DNA of 64,000 bases from Felis catus (GCF_018350175.1 NC_058368.1:229836001-229900000), one strand, 5' to 3'. Counted from the stretch's first letter, positions 38,946 through 53,081 are shown. Notes: generated from the sequence alone by a model not told the origin. Translations and numbers: made by a program.

Positions 38946-41900
38946 CTGTTTTTTTAATGGTAGTATTTTAAGTATTTTAACTCTGCTCTTTTCAAATTAC
39001 ATTGCTTATTGGTATTTTGTATTTTCTGCTGTCCTGCACAAATGGAATCTGTTCCAGATTTAAATTTTAAATTTATTTCGGAATCTAAAAAACAATGCTG
39101 AAAGCGTGGATGTATGAAACATGTAGTTATTTCCAAGATGATAAGAAGTTCAGATTCCTTTCCTTTTTTGTATTTTAAAGCTTTTAATTACATATGTGTA
39201 TATATGTGATTTCATATATATTTACATCATGTATATATAGTGATTTTATGAGGAGATTAGGGATATTTGGTTCTGACAGAATCCAGCTCGTACATGTTTA
39301 AGAAAAGAACAAGTTCTTGTTTTGTTTTATGAGGAGACAGCTTGGGTCTCTGTTACCCAGGAGGACGAATGTGACTTTCTCAGGAAACCAATGATACTAG
39401 TCACCTCTCTGTTCCTTTTTGGGTACTTGCTGTGCTCTCTCCCTGTCTCTTTCTCATTCTTTCTCTCTCCCCTCATCTTTCTCTCCATCTTTCTGCTTCT
39501 CTGGTCTACATGATGGGAAGCACAAGCACTCAGTATTCTCAGACCCTACAGTGGTAGAGCCGTAGTCATCAGAGAGAGATTGGGTAACCCCACTGGACCC
39601 CAGATCCACAGTCCCAGGTCAGACTGTGTCTGTGGTAGCATGGGTCAGATGCCCATGGCCAGAAAGTTGGCTCTGGGGGAGGGGTCCAGCAGGGTATAAG
39701 AACATGTCAGCTCTCTCCTGTTCCCTGTGGATCACAGCACACAAGTTCCTTGATTATTGGGAAAAGTTCAACCAAATCAAAAATGTGTATCTGCCATCTG
39801 AGCAGTCTTTTTATTATTTGTTTAGTTTTCTGCAGAACACCTGACAAACTGAATGAGAATCTTCACTAGGATTTCAAGATCCTGATGTATTATAATCATG
39901 CGTTGTTTTGTATAGTATTAGTTCAGTACCAAGCACTCAGATTAAGATTAGAATATAAAATTGCAATCAAATTCCACGGATGCTCGTTCTGTGTTTTGGA
40001 AAGTACAGAGACCAGGTGTCAGTGCATGTGTGTGTCTCTCAGTCTGGATGCTGGGGAGGGTCTCCTGATAAGCTTCAGGCAGTCTCTGTTTCGTCTTGTC
40101 CAACACACGACTGTGGCTTCTCTCCAAAGACTTCGCCAACCGCAAAAGTGTTGTAGGGTGTTTGGAACAATTTAACCCACGGTGTTAGTTTACTTCAACT
40201 ATTCTCGCAGGCTGATGACGTCCTTTAAAATGTTTAGCTACTTAGAATTTTATCGTTTTCCCCAGAGTTCTAGCAGAATCCAGTCCTAAAAATATACAGA
40301 AAGTTATTAAACCTGGAATTAGGCTGCCAACATATTTTCAAATCGAATGTTTAATTTCATAATTGGGAAATGATACATCTGCCTGGAGAAAATCAGTGGG
40401 GTTGGAAAACAAATTATGTGTCGACAGTGTTGGTGCAGAGAAATTATACATATTTATGAATGGCCAAATCATCTTATTACTGGAATTTGAAAATATAATT
40501 ATCAATCATTTATGAGGTAATGATTTCAACTGAATGCCTTCTCCCGGGGCATGTATTTTATGTGTGTGTGAATTGACACACGTATACTTCTCATGCACAG
40601 TCTCCCTGGGTACTATCTCATTTAATCTTTACATTTTATTAATAGAATTCAGAATCTATAGAATTAGGTGTCTACTTCACTGCTACTGCAAATAGGTACT
40701 GTGTGAAATGATTAGTAAAGTAAATTTCCATTTTAAGTTTTAGGAGAATGCTAAGCGTCACAGTATTTTAATATTTATGTGTCACATACACCTTAAGTAC
40801 GTTGTGTGATTCGTTCAAAGACCGTATTAAACTGAGATCCTTTAAGGATTTTAGTTTTGTACTCATAAATGTGAAAGGACAGTGTCTTCTATTGATGTGT
40901 GGTTATTGTAGTTCGCTATAAATATAAATGTGTTTTCCATGTCACTTTATTTTAATACTGTGGGGATTGGATGACATCAGTCTTCAGGAAGATACTCTGG
41001 AGGTACCATCACCGCCCCCCACAAAGTTGCCGTGGAGACAGCCTCGCCACGGTTTCCGTGTCTGGGTTTTCAAGATGAGGTACGGGACAGGCGGTTCTTT
41101 CAGTGACCGAGGCCTGGATTCCGGAAGGAATTCCAGAATTTGTAAATCTGATTTTCTGGTGTGCTGCTTAGAATTCTACATTTTTACCAAGGTCCCCTGT
41201 GATCTGCTGCATATGGACGAGTGAGACCCACTGACTTTATTCAGAGGGGAAATATATCCGTTATATAACGTGTGAAAGTCAAAGCATCGAAAATGCTCTT
41301 TCCTCCCCTTTAAGAGAAATCGACTTTATTATGTTAGCTGGATGAGTTCTTTCCTGCAGAAACCTAAATCTGGGGAGAATAACTCCATGCAACATTCTAT
41401 TGCTGAGTTCTGGAAAGGCAGAGAAAGGACCCAGGATCCTGCACATAAAGGAATCGGGGCCTTTAGGGCTAGTATGTTTCTCATGGGAGGATCTCGTGAT
41501 TCATCTCTGACACTGGTTTGTCCTCAGAAATGACTGCAGAGAGTTCTTGTCAATCATTTGGAGATAGTGTGCTGTTGAGAACTCTAAGTGCCTAGTCGGG
41601 CAACCTGGATTCTGGGTCTAGCTTAGTCATTCGTTGGTTATATGAACTTTGGAAATTCTTAGGACCCCAGATTCTTGGCTCTTTAGCAATATCCTGATTG
41701 AGAAGGAGGCTCTTTGAGTTGTGGGTGGCCCTCACTGCCCATGACTTAGTATATTACATCCTTAATATAGTTCTAGTTGTTGTCAGAAAGACTGATTAAG
41801 ACACCACAGAAAACCTGGTTCATTTAGTTTTGTAGAGCTTCATGCCAGAGTTTTCTCATGCTTCATACTGTAATTAGGGGAAAAAATTGGTATGACAAGT

Positions 41901-42010
41901 CACGTCAACCTCTATCTTGGATTATTAGTAGAAATGAAGGAATCTGCAATTTCAACCTAGAATTTTTATATTTCAGTTAAGAATTTCGTGAAACATTATT
42001 GGAATGTTCT

Positions 42011-42214
42011 CTCTTTTTAACGTTTATTTAAACATTAATGAGAGAGAGGGAGAGAGGTCACAAGCCTGGGAGGAGCAGAGAGAAAGACAGAGGATGCAAA
42101 GAGGGCTCAGTGCTGACAGCAGCGAGCCCAGTGCGGGGTTCAAATTCATGAGCTGTGACATCATGACCTGAGCCAAAGTCGAACCCTCAAACAACTGAGC
42201 CACTCAGGTGCCCC
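42011..42214 (-). mobile_element. Can-SINE with 12-bp TSD
   Basis: TSD ttggaatgttct at 41999-42010 and 42215-42226. Confidence 0.92.
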
Positions 42215-43896
42215 TTGGAATGTTCTTTTAATTGACCGATGAAACTATGGACTGTTATGTGTCATATCTGTATCTGTCATATAGTTTTCCCTTTACTTAA
42301 ATTGACAAATACTGTCCAAAGAATGTACAGTGGAGTAGATGGGGTACGGCCGCAGAGACTGTCAACAGAACACACAGTGTCGATCAGATGTTTGCCAAAT
42401 AAGCTTGCTTCACTCTGCCTTTGGCACTCCTACCAAAGTGATCGTCAGCGTCTGGTCAGTGGGAAACTTGTGCAGACTCAGGGAGAATCATTCTTCATGG
42501 CAGGTTGCCTCGATTTGCATCCTCTAGGAATCCATTGTCAGTATTACGTAAAAGAGAGGCTAAAATCGTCCTGGAGGTTTACCAAAAGACAGTAAGATAA
42601 AAACGGGCATTCATCTGACTCACTCAGCGGCAGGGATAGAATTCTTGTTTGTGGCTCCCTTCTAAATCGGCTCCTGAGTGTAGCGTAGACTCAGTAGTCC
42701 TTTGTCCTAGAGACAGGTGCTCAGGCACAGGCTGTGCATTTTTGGAACTGGAGTTGGAGACATTCATTGGGTGTGTATGAACAGACAGAGACACGGACAC
42801 AGCACACACACACTCTCACACCTGCAGTACTACGGCATCTTGGTAATTAACATTGTGCGGCCACCGGTTTTCCTGCCATCAAAGTATTTTGAAACAGTGG
42901 CGGTATTGGCCTGTCATGTACAGCTGCACAGGATGCACTCTGCACAACTCTAAGGGATGCTTTCATCTACCTCGGTGCGTCTCATCTATGTTTACTGTCC
43001 TGTTACAATGCTGATTCCATTCAGCTTCGCGTGACAGCCAGTGCTGCAGGAGTAGTGACTACGTTGAGGAGTGTGCCCCCAGACAACAATGTGGATGGTA
43101 CCCGCCAGAGTTGCATGATGGGGCAGCCCTAGGGTGGAGCCAGGCTCGCACAGCTGCCTGCCACAGAGATCCGTCAGTTTCTTGGTTCTTCTCATAGCTG
43201 GTACTTATCACCATGAATATTTCAGACTCACAGATCTTCCCCTAAAATACGGTAGGTTTGAGATTTTATGTTACCGTATTTTAAAAAACAAGGAGAGGAG
43301 AGGAGAAGTAGGATTTATAGCACATCAGTCCATAGGTGACAGGCTTTCCTCCATGACTTGTAGGGGGCTCCCCAAATCCTCGTGGGCTGAACCTCTGAGG
43401 GACAATTAAATGGCCCCAGACTTCCCACTGTGAACATGAGGTGGCTCTGAGCCACTAATACTAATGTCATTGTGACTTGCCTTATTATCCCTATGTAATG
43501 CTTTCCAGCATTTCTTCCTGTGGGATGTGCATTCGTTCAGCCAGCCAATGGCATATTGAATCCACAAATATCTGTAAATAATTTATTACAGGAAATGTGA
43601 TTCAGTTATTCAAAGTAAGTGTAATGGAAAGATAAAAATCATGTATAAGTCGAATTCTCATTATAGGAGTGACATAGTTAAAATGCCCCATGTATGTGCC
43701 ACGGGATTTCCCCAAATTGAATATTATAGCCTGGCGTCATTGTGTGTCTTTTTGAAAATCCAAGCCTTTGTTTCTGTCTTCTGTGATGACTCTAGTCACT
43801 AAGAAATCATGCAAAATCCACAGTGTATACTGGATCTATTCTGATAAAATGAATAGATAACACTCACTATTTGAATATTTGGTTTTGATTGAAATA

Positions 43897-43921
43897 TATT
43901 TTTAAATGTTTATTATTTATT

Positions 43922-43970
<49 letters not shown>

Positions 43971-44134
43971 ACAAGTGGGACGGGGGCAGAGAGAGAGGGA
44001 GACACAGAATCTGAAGCAGGCTCCAGGCTCCGAGCTGTCAGCACAGAGCCCAACACAGGGCTTGACTCACAAACTGTGAGATCATGATGTCGGTTAAAGT
44101 CAGATGCTTAACCGACTGAGCCGCCCAGGCGCCC
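43897..44134 (-). mobile_element. Can-SINE with expanded (GA)n and 12-bp TSD
   Basis: TSD ttgattgaaata at 43885-43896 and 44135-44146; long pure GA run at about 43925-43968. Confidence 0.94.
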
Positions 44135-44924
44135 TTGATTGAAATAGTTTAATAACGTATTGTTAATAAATTATTTAAATCATTATCTGACCCAAAGTAG
44201 TTTTGACTCATTTTGAAAAACCCACGTCCATCAAATGGACTTCTAGATGTTGATCCTGGCATCTCCAGTCTTTCCTCTTCTCTCCATCTCATTTGAACCC
44301 ATCATACACACAGATGACTGCAAGAGTCTTTATAACGGGGCTCTGCTGCAATTCCTACACCTTTTTTAAAGATAATTTTCAGACAGTTCTCAAAACTAAA
44401 ATCTGACCTCGAAGGTCATTACCCCATGTATAAGATCCTCAAATTTATTGCCAGATTCTTTAAGATAAAGAGGACAAGCTCAAAAGTCTGGACTGCAGAC
44501 CTTCTGTGGCCTGGACTTCCCTTTCTTTCCAGTCATATCTTGTAAGGTTCTTTTCTGTGGGACTTCACTCCACTTTTCCGATCGCTGTGGCCGCCTGGAG
44601 ACTTGCTGTATGTGTGACTGCCTCAGACAGAGGAGCACACATACTCCCCGAGACTGGCGCTCCCTCCCCTCCGCACTCCCTCAGCCCCACTTCTGCTCGT
44701 CCTGTAGGGCTCAGTGTCCTGTTCCCCAGGCATGCCCCTGGCCTTGCCATCCTGCCTCACCCTGTCAGAACATTTGTCTCATTGCAGAGATGATCTCTTT
44801 ACTCAGCTGCCCCCACTGAGGACCACAGAACGCCAATATCTTTTGACTTTGTTTCTCTGCCTGGTATTCCCTGTGCTTAGTACATAACATAGAGGCTTCA
44901 TGAACACCTGCTATATAAGTAAAT

Positions 44925-45012
44925 TGAAGGAAAGAAGAAAGAAGGAAGACGGAAGAAGGAAGAAAGGAAGGAAAGAGGAAAGGAAGGAGAGGAGATAGGG
45001 AGGAAGGAAGAG
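44925..45012. repeat. Purine-rich (GGAA)-type low-complexity tract
   Basis: gaaggaaagaagaaagaaggaag... almost purely A/G. Confidence 0.85.
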
Positions 45013-45062
45013 TGGGCCCTACCTGAAGAGAGATTTAGTGACTCATTTTGTGTTTGTGTGCG

Positions 45063-45274
45063 TTTTTATTATTTTTATTTTATTTTATTTTATTTTTTAG
45101 AGAGAGGGCACATGAGCAGGGGAGAGGGGCAGAGGGAGAGAGGGAAAGTTCTTAAGCAGGCTCCACATGCAGCATGGAGCCCAATGCGGGGCTCGATCCC
45201 ATGACCCTGGGATTATAACCTGAACCCAAATCAAGAGTTGGATGCTCAACTGAGTGAGTCATCCAGGCTCTCCT
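45063..45274 (-). mobile_element. Can-SINE
   Basis: (TTTTA)n tail, cttaagcaggctccac, gggctcgatcccatgaccctggg. Confidence 0.9.
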
Positions 45275-45920
45275 GGTGACCCACTTCTTGAGGATGGATC
45301 TTACAATATTCACTATGACCGTGACCATGAAAAAAAAGAATCTTGACAAGTTTATAGTTATAGTTTGTGCCAGTTAGATGATACTCCTTGGTTTTTAGCA
45401 GGATATCTTCTTCTTTGTATGAATGTAGCTTTTATTTATGTGAATTGTATCTATAATATTGGCAGCTAGAATGTAAGCACTTTGTAGTAGAAACTGCTTT
45501 TCTTGTTGACTTCTTGACCCTCAGTGCCTAGCATAGAGTCTGGCCCTTGGAAAATAAATTTTAATAGCACAGTCAACCAATGGTGTTGCTACAAACAGGC
45601 TAGGTAGCTGACTGAATGAAATATATCAGTTAGGATCACTGATTGCAAGTCTAAGAAGCACTGGTTTGCTTTGAGGAGGAAGAGGCATTTGTTGGAACTA
45701 TGTGAGATGCTCGTAAAAGAAAAAGAAGTGTCCAAAAGCCAGGGTTTGTAAAGGGCAGGATCCAGGAGAACTCCAGGGGTATAAGAACCAGGGACTAGTA
45801 GACAGGGACTTTGGAGTGCTCCCAGGGACAATAAAATTCACTGTTTTTTATTCTTGTTTCAGATCCCAAGAGGAGCCCATTAGATTAGAGACATTCCACA
45901 ATTGGCCAGGAAAGCATGGG

Positions 45921-46385
45921 GTGTTAGTTTCCTATGGTTGCTGGAACAAATTACCACAAATTTCATGGCTGCAAACAGCACAGATATAATATGTTATAAT
46001 TGTGGAGGTCAGGAGTCTAAAATGGACATGCTAATAGGGCTGCATTGCTTCTGGAGGCTCTAGAGGAAAACCCATTTCTTTGCCTTTTCTACTTCGAGAG
46101 GCTGCCACATCGCATAGCTTGCTTCTATCTCAAAGCCAGCAATCACATCATTTCATCTGCTTCTATTGTCACATCTCACCTTCTTTTCTCTTCCACTAAT
46201 AAGGATCCTCTGATTACACTTGGCTCACAAAGGTAACGCAGGATAATCTGCCCAATCAAGAGCAGCTAAGTAGCAACCTGACATCCATCTGTACAAACTC
46301 CCCCTTGGCCTGTAATGGAACGTCCTCACAAGTTCTAGGCATTGGAATGTGGACTGCTTTGGGGGCCATTATTCCACCTCTCATG
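45921..46385 (-). mobile_element. MaLR solo LTR (MLT1D/E-like)
   Basis: tgttagtttcctatggttgctggaacaaattaccacaaa...ctggaggctctagagg...caaagccagcaa...gggggccattattc. Confidence 0.82.
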
Positions 46386-47834
46386 GATTGGAACCCTTGA
46401 TTGTGAACCCAAGCAATGTCATGCAATCTAAGGTGGGTAACTCCCTCCAGGAAAATCAAGGTTCAGTTAACAAAAGCAGAGAGAAGGACTATAGGTGAGG
46501 CAAAATCAGGTTTTCACTGCACATGTTGCAGATCATTTTGTTAATTTTTAGCACTGAAAATTACATTCTAAAGATGTTTCTCCTTGCAGTGAAGATGTTT
46601 GAAGTTAGATGAGTGGATTTGCCATATGAGATGTTTGAAATTGCATTGGAGTGAGCCATTCCCCTCTTCTTTATTACTTACTTTGGAAGCTTTTGTAATG
46701 TCAGTTGACCAAGTGTGGCACACAGTTAAAGCTAAATCAGCGTTTCTTCTGTTTCTCCTACAAAAACAGTTGCCCTAGTCATTTGACCCATAGGTTGTTG
46801 GGACATTAATAAGCCAAGTGACCAGTACAGTATGGGTCACCATCCTACAATGAAATGGTTTAAAGGACTTTTAATCAGTTTACTTGTTTTCATAGGCTTG
46901 GGTAATTGGGCAGAACATAACAGCTCCGAGGAAAAGTGTGTTTCTCTTATTTCTGTTGGCTTTTATGAGCCTTTACTAACAGCCAGTGGAAAGGGCTTCC
47001 ATATCCTAGACTAAGAACAATTGTCCAGGCATGATTCAGTTGGTGAATTCTCTTCTCTTTGCAGATTCAAATGTGTGATCTCAGATTCACAGATAAGCAG
47101 GGTAAAACAGGACACAGGACAATGTTTGGAGTTGACTGGCCCAACAGAGGATGTACTTCTTATATGGAAATGTTCCTGTGCATTCTAGGTGCATTCTAAG
47201 GCAGCTAAACTTGTAATTTAAGATACCCTACATTAAACTCTCAAGGTCATTACAAAGTACATGATAAAAGCAAGCAAAGGAGAAATATTTTGAACACTGT
47301 CATTTATCTTAAAGCAAGCTGCCACTTGGGAATAGCATGCACCTTTATTTTGTCTTTCATTTACTTTTGGAAACAATTCTTTTTTGAATCATTTCGTGTC
47401 TTGGATAAGCCAGGGTTTCATATTACACACGTGAGGGTTGTACAGTGCCAGTAACTTCCTTTTGGTTCATTGTTCAAGAGCATAAGATTGGGAGCTTACT
47501 CTAGACATTACGGTATGTATCTAATAGCCAAAACTTATGGTTTCGTTCTCTGCTCTGTTAAAGACTCCGGGTCTGACCTTGAAAATGTAACTTAATTCCT
47601 ATATGCCTCATTACTCTCCCATTTATAAAATACATCTGCAGAGAGTCCTCACTGTCCCTTGGGCTACTTCCTCAAGGGCTGTTCATGTGCTTCTGTACTG
47701 TTGGCCCTGTGCCAAGAAGGAACGTGTAGAATGGATGTTGTTATTGTAGTGGCTTCTGGAAATGATGACGTGAAATGGAGATTTCGGCTAGTTATACCAA
47801 CAAATACCAGTACACTATTTTCATTTTTTTAAAG

Positions 47835-47852
47835 GTGCAATTTATCTGCCAC
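47835..47852 (+). other. Candidate 18-nt microexon (unverified)
   Basis: T-rich acceptor ctattttcatttttttaaag | GTGCAATTTATCTGCCAC | gtaaga donor; frame-preserving, no stop in any frame; TGCATG at 47887-47892 and CTAAC at 47896-47900. Confidence 0.3.
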
Positions 47853-49834
47853 GTAAGAAATAATTAAACATATTCAAAGTCACGTATGCATGCGGCTAAC
47901 AGAGTTATTCCTGTTACTGAATTGACCAGCACCACCTGTCTATTTGTGACTCAGTCCCCGGACTTTTCAATTCCCACATTTTTCTAATCATGGTAGAGTT
48001 CACTGTTCCAAATTTGCCTATTATGTTAAGTAACGGGGTCAATCTAAATTTTAAATTGGAGGATTTCTTGGTGACCAATATAAGCTACATTTTGTGTGTG
48101 TGTGTGTACAATTGTGTATGTGGAAGACCTTGGTTTTATATCTTATAAATGCTTAGATGGCAACTTGATAAGGTCTTATCCAGGCTAAGCAGCTTGTTGT
48201 ATTCGTACTAGGCTCATCATCTATTCTGAGGTTGTTTGTTCCTAAATCATTATATCATAACTCTAATAACTGGAATTTAATGATGAATCTGTGCAGTATG
48301 GTACATATTTAAATATATAAAATTGAAATTCAATACATTATTATTCAGTTTTCTCTAGTTACCTATGCAGTGATTAAAACATGACTAGGTATTGTATAAT
48401 CTTGAAAATGAAATCTACAAATTAATTTTTGATTAATGTTCTTCACCCTATTTTGTTCAGTTCATTCAATATATCAATAGAACTTTAATCCCGTGTTCAA
48501 ATTTCAAAGAGATTTTATTTTTCAAACAGTTAATTGAGAGACAGTTTTTTCTCAATTGTGTAAATTATATATGTGGTACACAGAAATTCGATAATGGTTT
48601 TCCAATCAGATGACATGTAGATTTATTATTCCAAATTGAAATTCAGTCACTTGTGTAATTTACATTTAGCATCATTCTTAGAGTACTTACTGTTTCATAA
48701 AAGCAGCCTATCAGACTGCATTGCCTCATGTGGATGGCATGAACAGACATAAAGTCACAAGGGAACAGAGGCAAAATCCATGGAAACAAAAGGTTCTTTC
48801 AAAACCCAGCATCGTTTTCTTTGGTGGAATTACTGACATCAACAAGTAGCACTAGCCACTTGTTTCTTAATTAAGTTAATAAATGACTAATTGATCCAGT
48901 AAGTAAATGATTCCAGGCAAAACAAATGCTATACAAAATGAAGACCACTAAATAATCGCTTAACAGACAGAATAGGTTAAGAATGATCAGTTTACTTACT
49001 GTTCATTCATTCATTCAATCACTCATTCATTCATTCACTCACTCAGCAAATAAATATGGATACACTGGTTGCTTAAAAAACTCTTTTGATCAGGAGATTG
49101 AACCAGTCAGTAAAGAGGTCATTTAAAATAGCGAATCATTTTTTAAAACTTTTTAAAGCTGTATTCTTTTGGTTTCAACTTAATTGTACTGCTGTTCAGT
49201 CACCTTATAGAACCTGGGTCATTTATTTAAGTATGGCGCTGCTCGTAAGAGTGCTAACTAAATATTCCTGCAGAGCCCTCCCCAGCCCTACTCTCTCCTC
49301 TTTGCATCTTGTATGATTTCCCGTTCCATCTCTTTAAAGCAAGTAAGGAATCTAAGACATTTTTGAGGCATTTTGAAGAAGGAGTTTCTCTATGTGTTTA
49401 TAATTTTTCCCTTAAACTCTTTATAATCATCTCATCTATAATTAATTCCATAGCTTTTTAAAATGGGTCATTCATAAAGAAATAAAAACTTACTCTTGAT
49501 GCAATTAGATCTCCTTGGTTTACGTATGTTTAATAGAATTACAAGTTAAACTGGAATGAGTGGATTTGGAGGCAACGTAGCTAGCTTCCGGGAAGCCGCT
49601 CCTTGAGCAGTGAGGGCAGGAGGACCCCAGTCAGCTGTGGAGTGGACAAGTGACCTCAGGCCCAGTGGGAGTCAGGTAAGGTTACAAAATGGAGCCAGTT
49701 AAAAAAGCTTCTTGAGTGCATGCTGGTCATTGTGCTAGGCACTGGGACACCAAAATAAGCTTTCTGAAGGCATTTCCATTTGTAAACTTTCCCTCTTCAC
49801 AACAAAGATCCACATTTTATTTATTTTTGTGTGT

Positions 49835-50331
49835 TTTTTTTTTTTATTGAGGTATGATTAATGTATGGTGTTTCAGGCACACAACATAATCGTTCATCCA
49901 TTCTATACATTACCCAGTGCTTACCACCGTAACAGTCACATCTGTTACCAGACAAGGTTATTACAGTCATACTGACTGTATTCTCTGTGTGGTACTTTTC
50001 CTCTCTGTGACTTATTTTGTAGCCGCAAGTTTATACCTCTTAATCCCCTTTATCTATCTCACCCATCCCCCATCCAACTCCCCTCTGGCAACCACCAGTT
50101 TATTCTCTGTATTTAAGACTCTGGGTTTCTTTTTCTCTTTTAACTTTGTTTGTTAATTTGTTTTCTTTCTTAAATCTCACGTGTGAGTGAAATTATATGG
50201 TATTTGTGTTTCTCAGACTGACTTATTTTACTTGGTGTTACACCCTCTAGGTCCATCCGTGTTGTTGCCAATGGCAAGATGTCACTCTTTTTTTATGGCT
50301 GAATAACATTCCATTGTATATATTTACCACA
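49835..50331 (-). mobile_element. Carnivore LINE-1 3'UTR fragment
   Basis: Poly(T) then gtttcagg, cccctctggcaaccaccagtt, gtgagtgaaattatatggtatttg, tttttatggctgaataacattccattgtat. Confidence 0.88.
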
Positions 50332-50544
50332 TAGAGATCTATACTTTATATCCGATTTCTATATTCGTTATTTCCGCCCCATGACTCCTCTTCCCCTTCC
50401 TAGTTTTCTTTTACATCCAATGTTCAATGCCTTGTGCTGAGCCTGGCACATGCTGTGGTCAGTGAATTATTTTAAAGTAATGAATTATTTTCTAAATTAG
50501 TATCAGTATCAAAAGATGTTGTTTAGATTAGCAACACATAGTGA

Positions 50545-50745
50545 TTGAGAACCATAGGTTGTGTGGCTTCCAACAATAGTTCTTCCCATGTTGCTTTGGG
50601 GAGGTTAACCTCTCTGGACCTGAGTTTCTTTTTGGAGAAAATGGGCATAATAATAAAAGTACAGCACAGGGTTGTTGTATTAATTGTGTCAATAATGGTG
50701 AAGAGCTTAGAAGAGTGTCAAGTACATAGTAAGCATACAATTAAT
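50545..50745 (+). mobile_element. MIR fragment
   Basis: ttaacctctctggacctgagtttctt...aaaatgggcataataataaaagtac...gggttgttgt...catagtaagc resembles the MIR core and 3' end. Confidence 0.65.
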
Positions 50746-51450
50746 ATTATTATATTATCTTATAAAAATATTCAATTGTACCTTAAATTTTTAAATATAC
50801 CGCCATATAATTAGGTAATATTCTTTTGTATACCTATGAGGACTGGTATGATACTGATACTCATTGTTTATTGTTTTTTTCATCTAAGAAATACTGTAAT
50901 TAATTGAAAAGAAACCTGATTGTAGGAAAGGTAAATGTAAGAGAATATTTATGATTTTTCTACCCAAGATCTATATGCTTAAACAGTATGTATATAATTG
51001 GGATTTTTAAGAAATCTGTTGATTCATCTTTGAGTATTATTTTCTTAAGACCCTTGAACTTTGTAAAAGACAAACAAAAGCTTCAATCTCAGGTGCTTTT
51101 TACTGTGCTTCTAGTAATCCCTGCACATTGCTGAGGTTTTTACATTAGATAGATCTTTAAACCTTTTTCCCCTTTAAAAAATATCATCTTTCATTAATTG
51201 GGATTTCATCTTTTGGAGATCATGAAAGTTTGTCAACAAAATAGAGGCATAAAAAAGTAGATTATAATCCAGTTTATTTACTTTTGGATCTCTCCTTCCA
51301 GAAAGATCACGAACTGCACCAAAATACTGCCACATAAAAAGTACAAGCTTCCTACTTAATTGGCAGAAATGTTATTTTTCTGCTGGACACAAAGCCACAG
51401 TTTCTTTTTATAGAGGTTATGCATATTTGCTTTAAATTTATTAATATATT

Positions 51451-51610
51451 GGGGCGCCTGGGTGGCTCAGTCAGTTGAGTGCCTGACTCTTGATTTCAGC
51501 TCAGGTCATGATCCCAGGGTCGTGGGATTGAGCCCTTTGTCAGGCTCCATGCTTAAGATTCTCTCTCTCTCTCTCTCTCTCTCCCTCTGCCCCTCTACCC
51601 TGCTTGCACG

Positions 51611-51657
<47 letters not shown>

Positions 51658-51661
51658 AAAA
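51451..51661 (+). mobile_element. Can-SINE with two (CT)n runs
   Basis: ggggcgcctgggtggctcagtcagttgag head and aaataaa tail. Confidence 0.93.
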
Positions 51662-52657
51662 CCAGAAAATTATATATTCTAACTCTTATAATTGACTAAT
51701 TTTATAGCTAAATACTAAAAAATTTGACCTCATTTGGGAACAACTTGTGTATTAAAGAGTGGTGCCTGCTGATCATGGGAGATGTTGAAAGTATTCAGAA
51801 ACAGGAGAAAGAAGAAAGTAGGAGGTGGGAAGCCTAATGCTGGAAAGAGACTTTTTTTCAAACTTAGAATAATTTGATTCTGAAAAAAATTGTTTTAAAA
51901 CATAAAGTAGAAACATGATACAAATGAACTACAGAATGTTAAACATTATTTTTAGATCAGGAATATGATATCATTATAAACAAACCTATTTACATATGTC
52001 CGAGATTTAAAATACAGTATGATTGCATACAGTAAATGGAAACATAGAGAATTTTATTTCAAACAGCTTTGCTAAAATTTGCCTTTGGAGATCTGAACAA
52101 GCTTGGCCTGGTAGAGAATAACGGGCTTCACAACCCATTAAAGATGTTGGCATCATGATGCTTTCAAAAGAAGGCACCCTCTCTTCAAGATCTCCATAGT
52201 AATTAGTGTCTTAGTGTCCAAACCTAAGGATTTATCTAAAATTATCAAAACAAAAATCTTTCCCGAAACCAATGAGTGTTGTTTGTAATCAGATTTCCAA
52301 TGTAAAAGAAATGTTGCATTTGAGTATCAAATGTCAGCTATTTGGGTGAAAATCCTTAACCACTGTTGTCTTCTGCCTTCTGAGACTGGACTTGCTTTTT
52401 GTTTTTTTCAAGCCTCGTTGTTCTCCATTTGTAAAATGAAATTACTTTTTATATTTTATATTATTTTATATTTCTATATTATTTTATATTACTACTTTGT
52501 ATCTTTTTATATTTTTATATTACAGTAAAATGGATTAGGTGTGATAAGGGCAACATAACACTTATGTGACAACTCACAGAGTGAAAGATGACCTGTGTTT
52601 CTTCCTGGTTGGAATCAGCTTTTTGTCTGATAGATTCTATAGTTTAAATGTTGTTTT

Positions 52658-53081
52658 ATGGACGGAAGAACTGAGTAGACATTTTTCCAAAAAAAGATAC
52701 AAATGGCCAACAGGTGCAGGAAAAAACGTCAGTGTCACTGGTCATCAGGGAAGTGCAGATCAAAACCACAATGAGATATTACTTCACACCTGTTGGAATG
52801 GCCACCATCCAAAAGACAAGAGACAACGAGTGTTGGCAAAAATGTGGACGAAAGGGAACCCTGGTGCGTTATCGGTGGGAATGTAAATTGGTTCAGCCAC
52901 TATGGAACACATTAGGAAGTTTTTTAAAAAATTAAAAACAGAATTGCCATATGACCCAGTGGTCCCACTTCTGAGTATATATTGAAAGGAAATGAAAGTA
53001 GGATCTTTAAGAGATAGCGCCCCATGTTCATTGCAGCATGACTTACAGGAGCCAAGATACGGACACTTGGGTGAATGGATA

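Noticed and set aside
43582..43620. Possible 23-nt exon ending in a gtaagt donor
   Set aside because: Weak pyrimidine tract, not frame-preserving, no supporting motifs.
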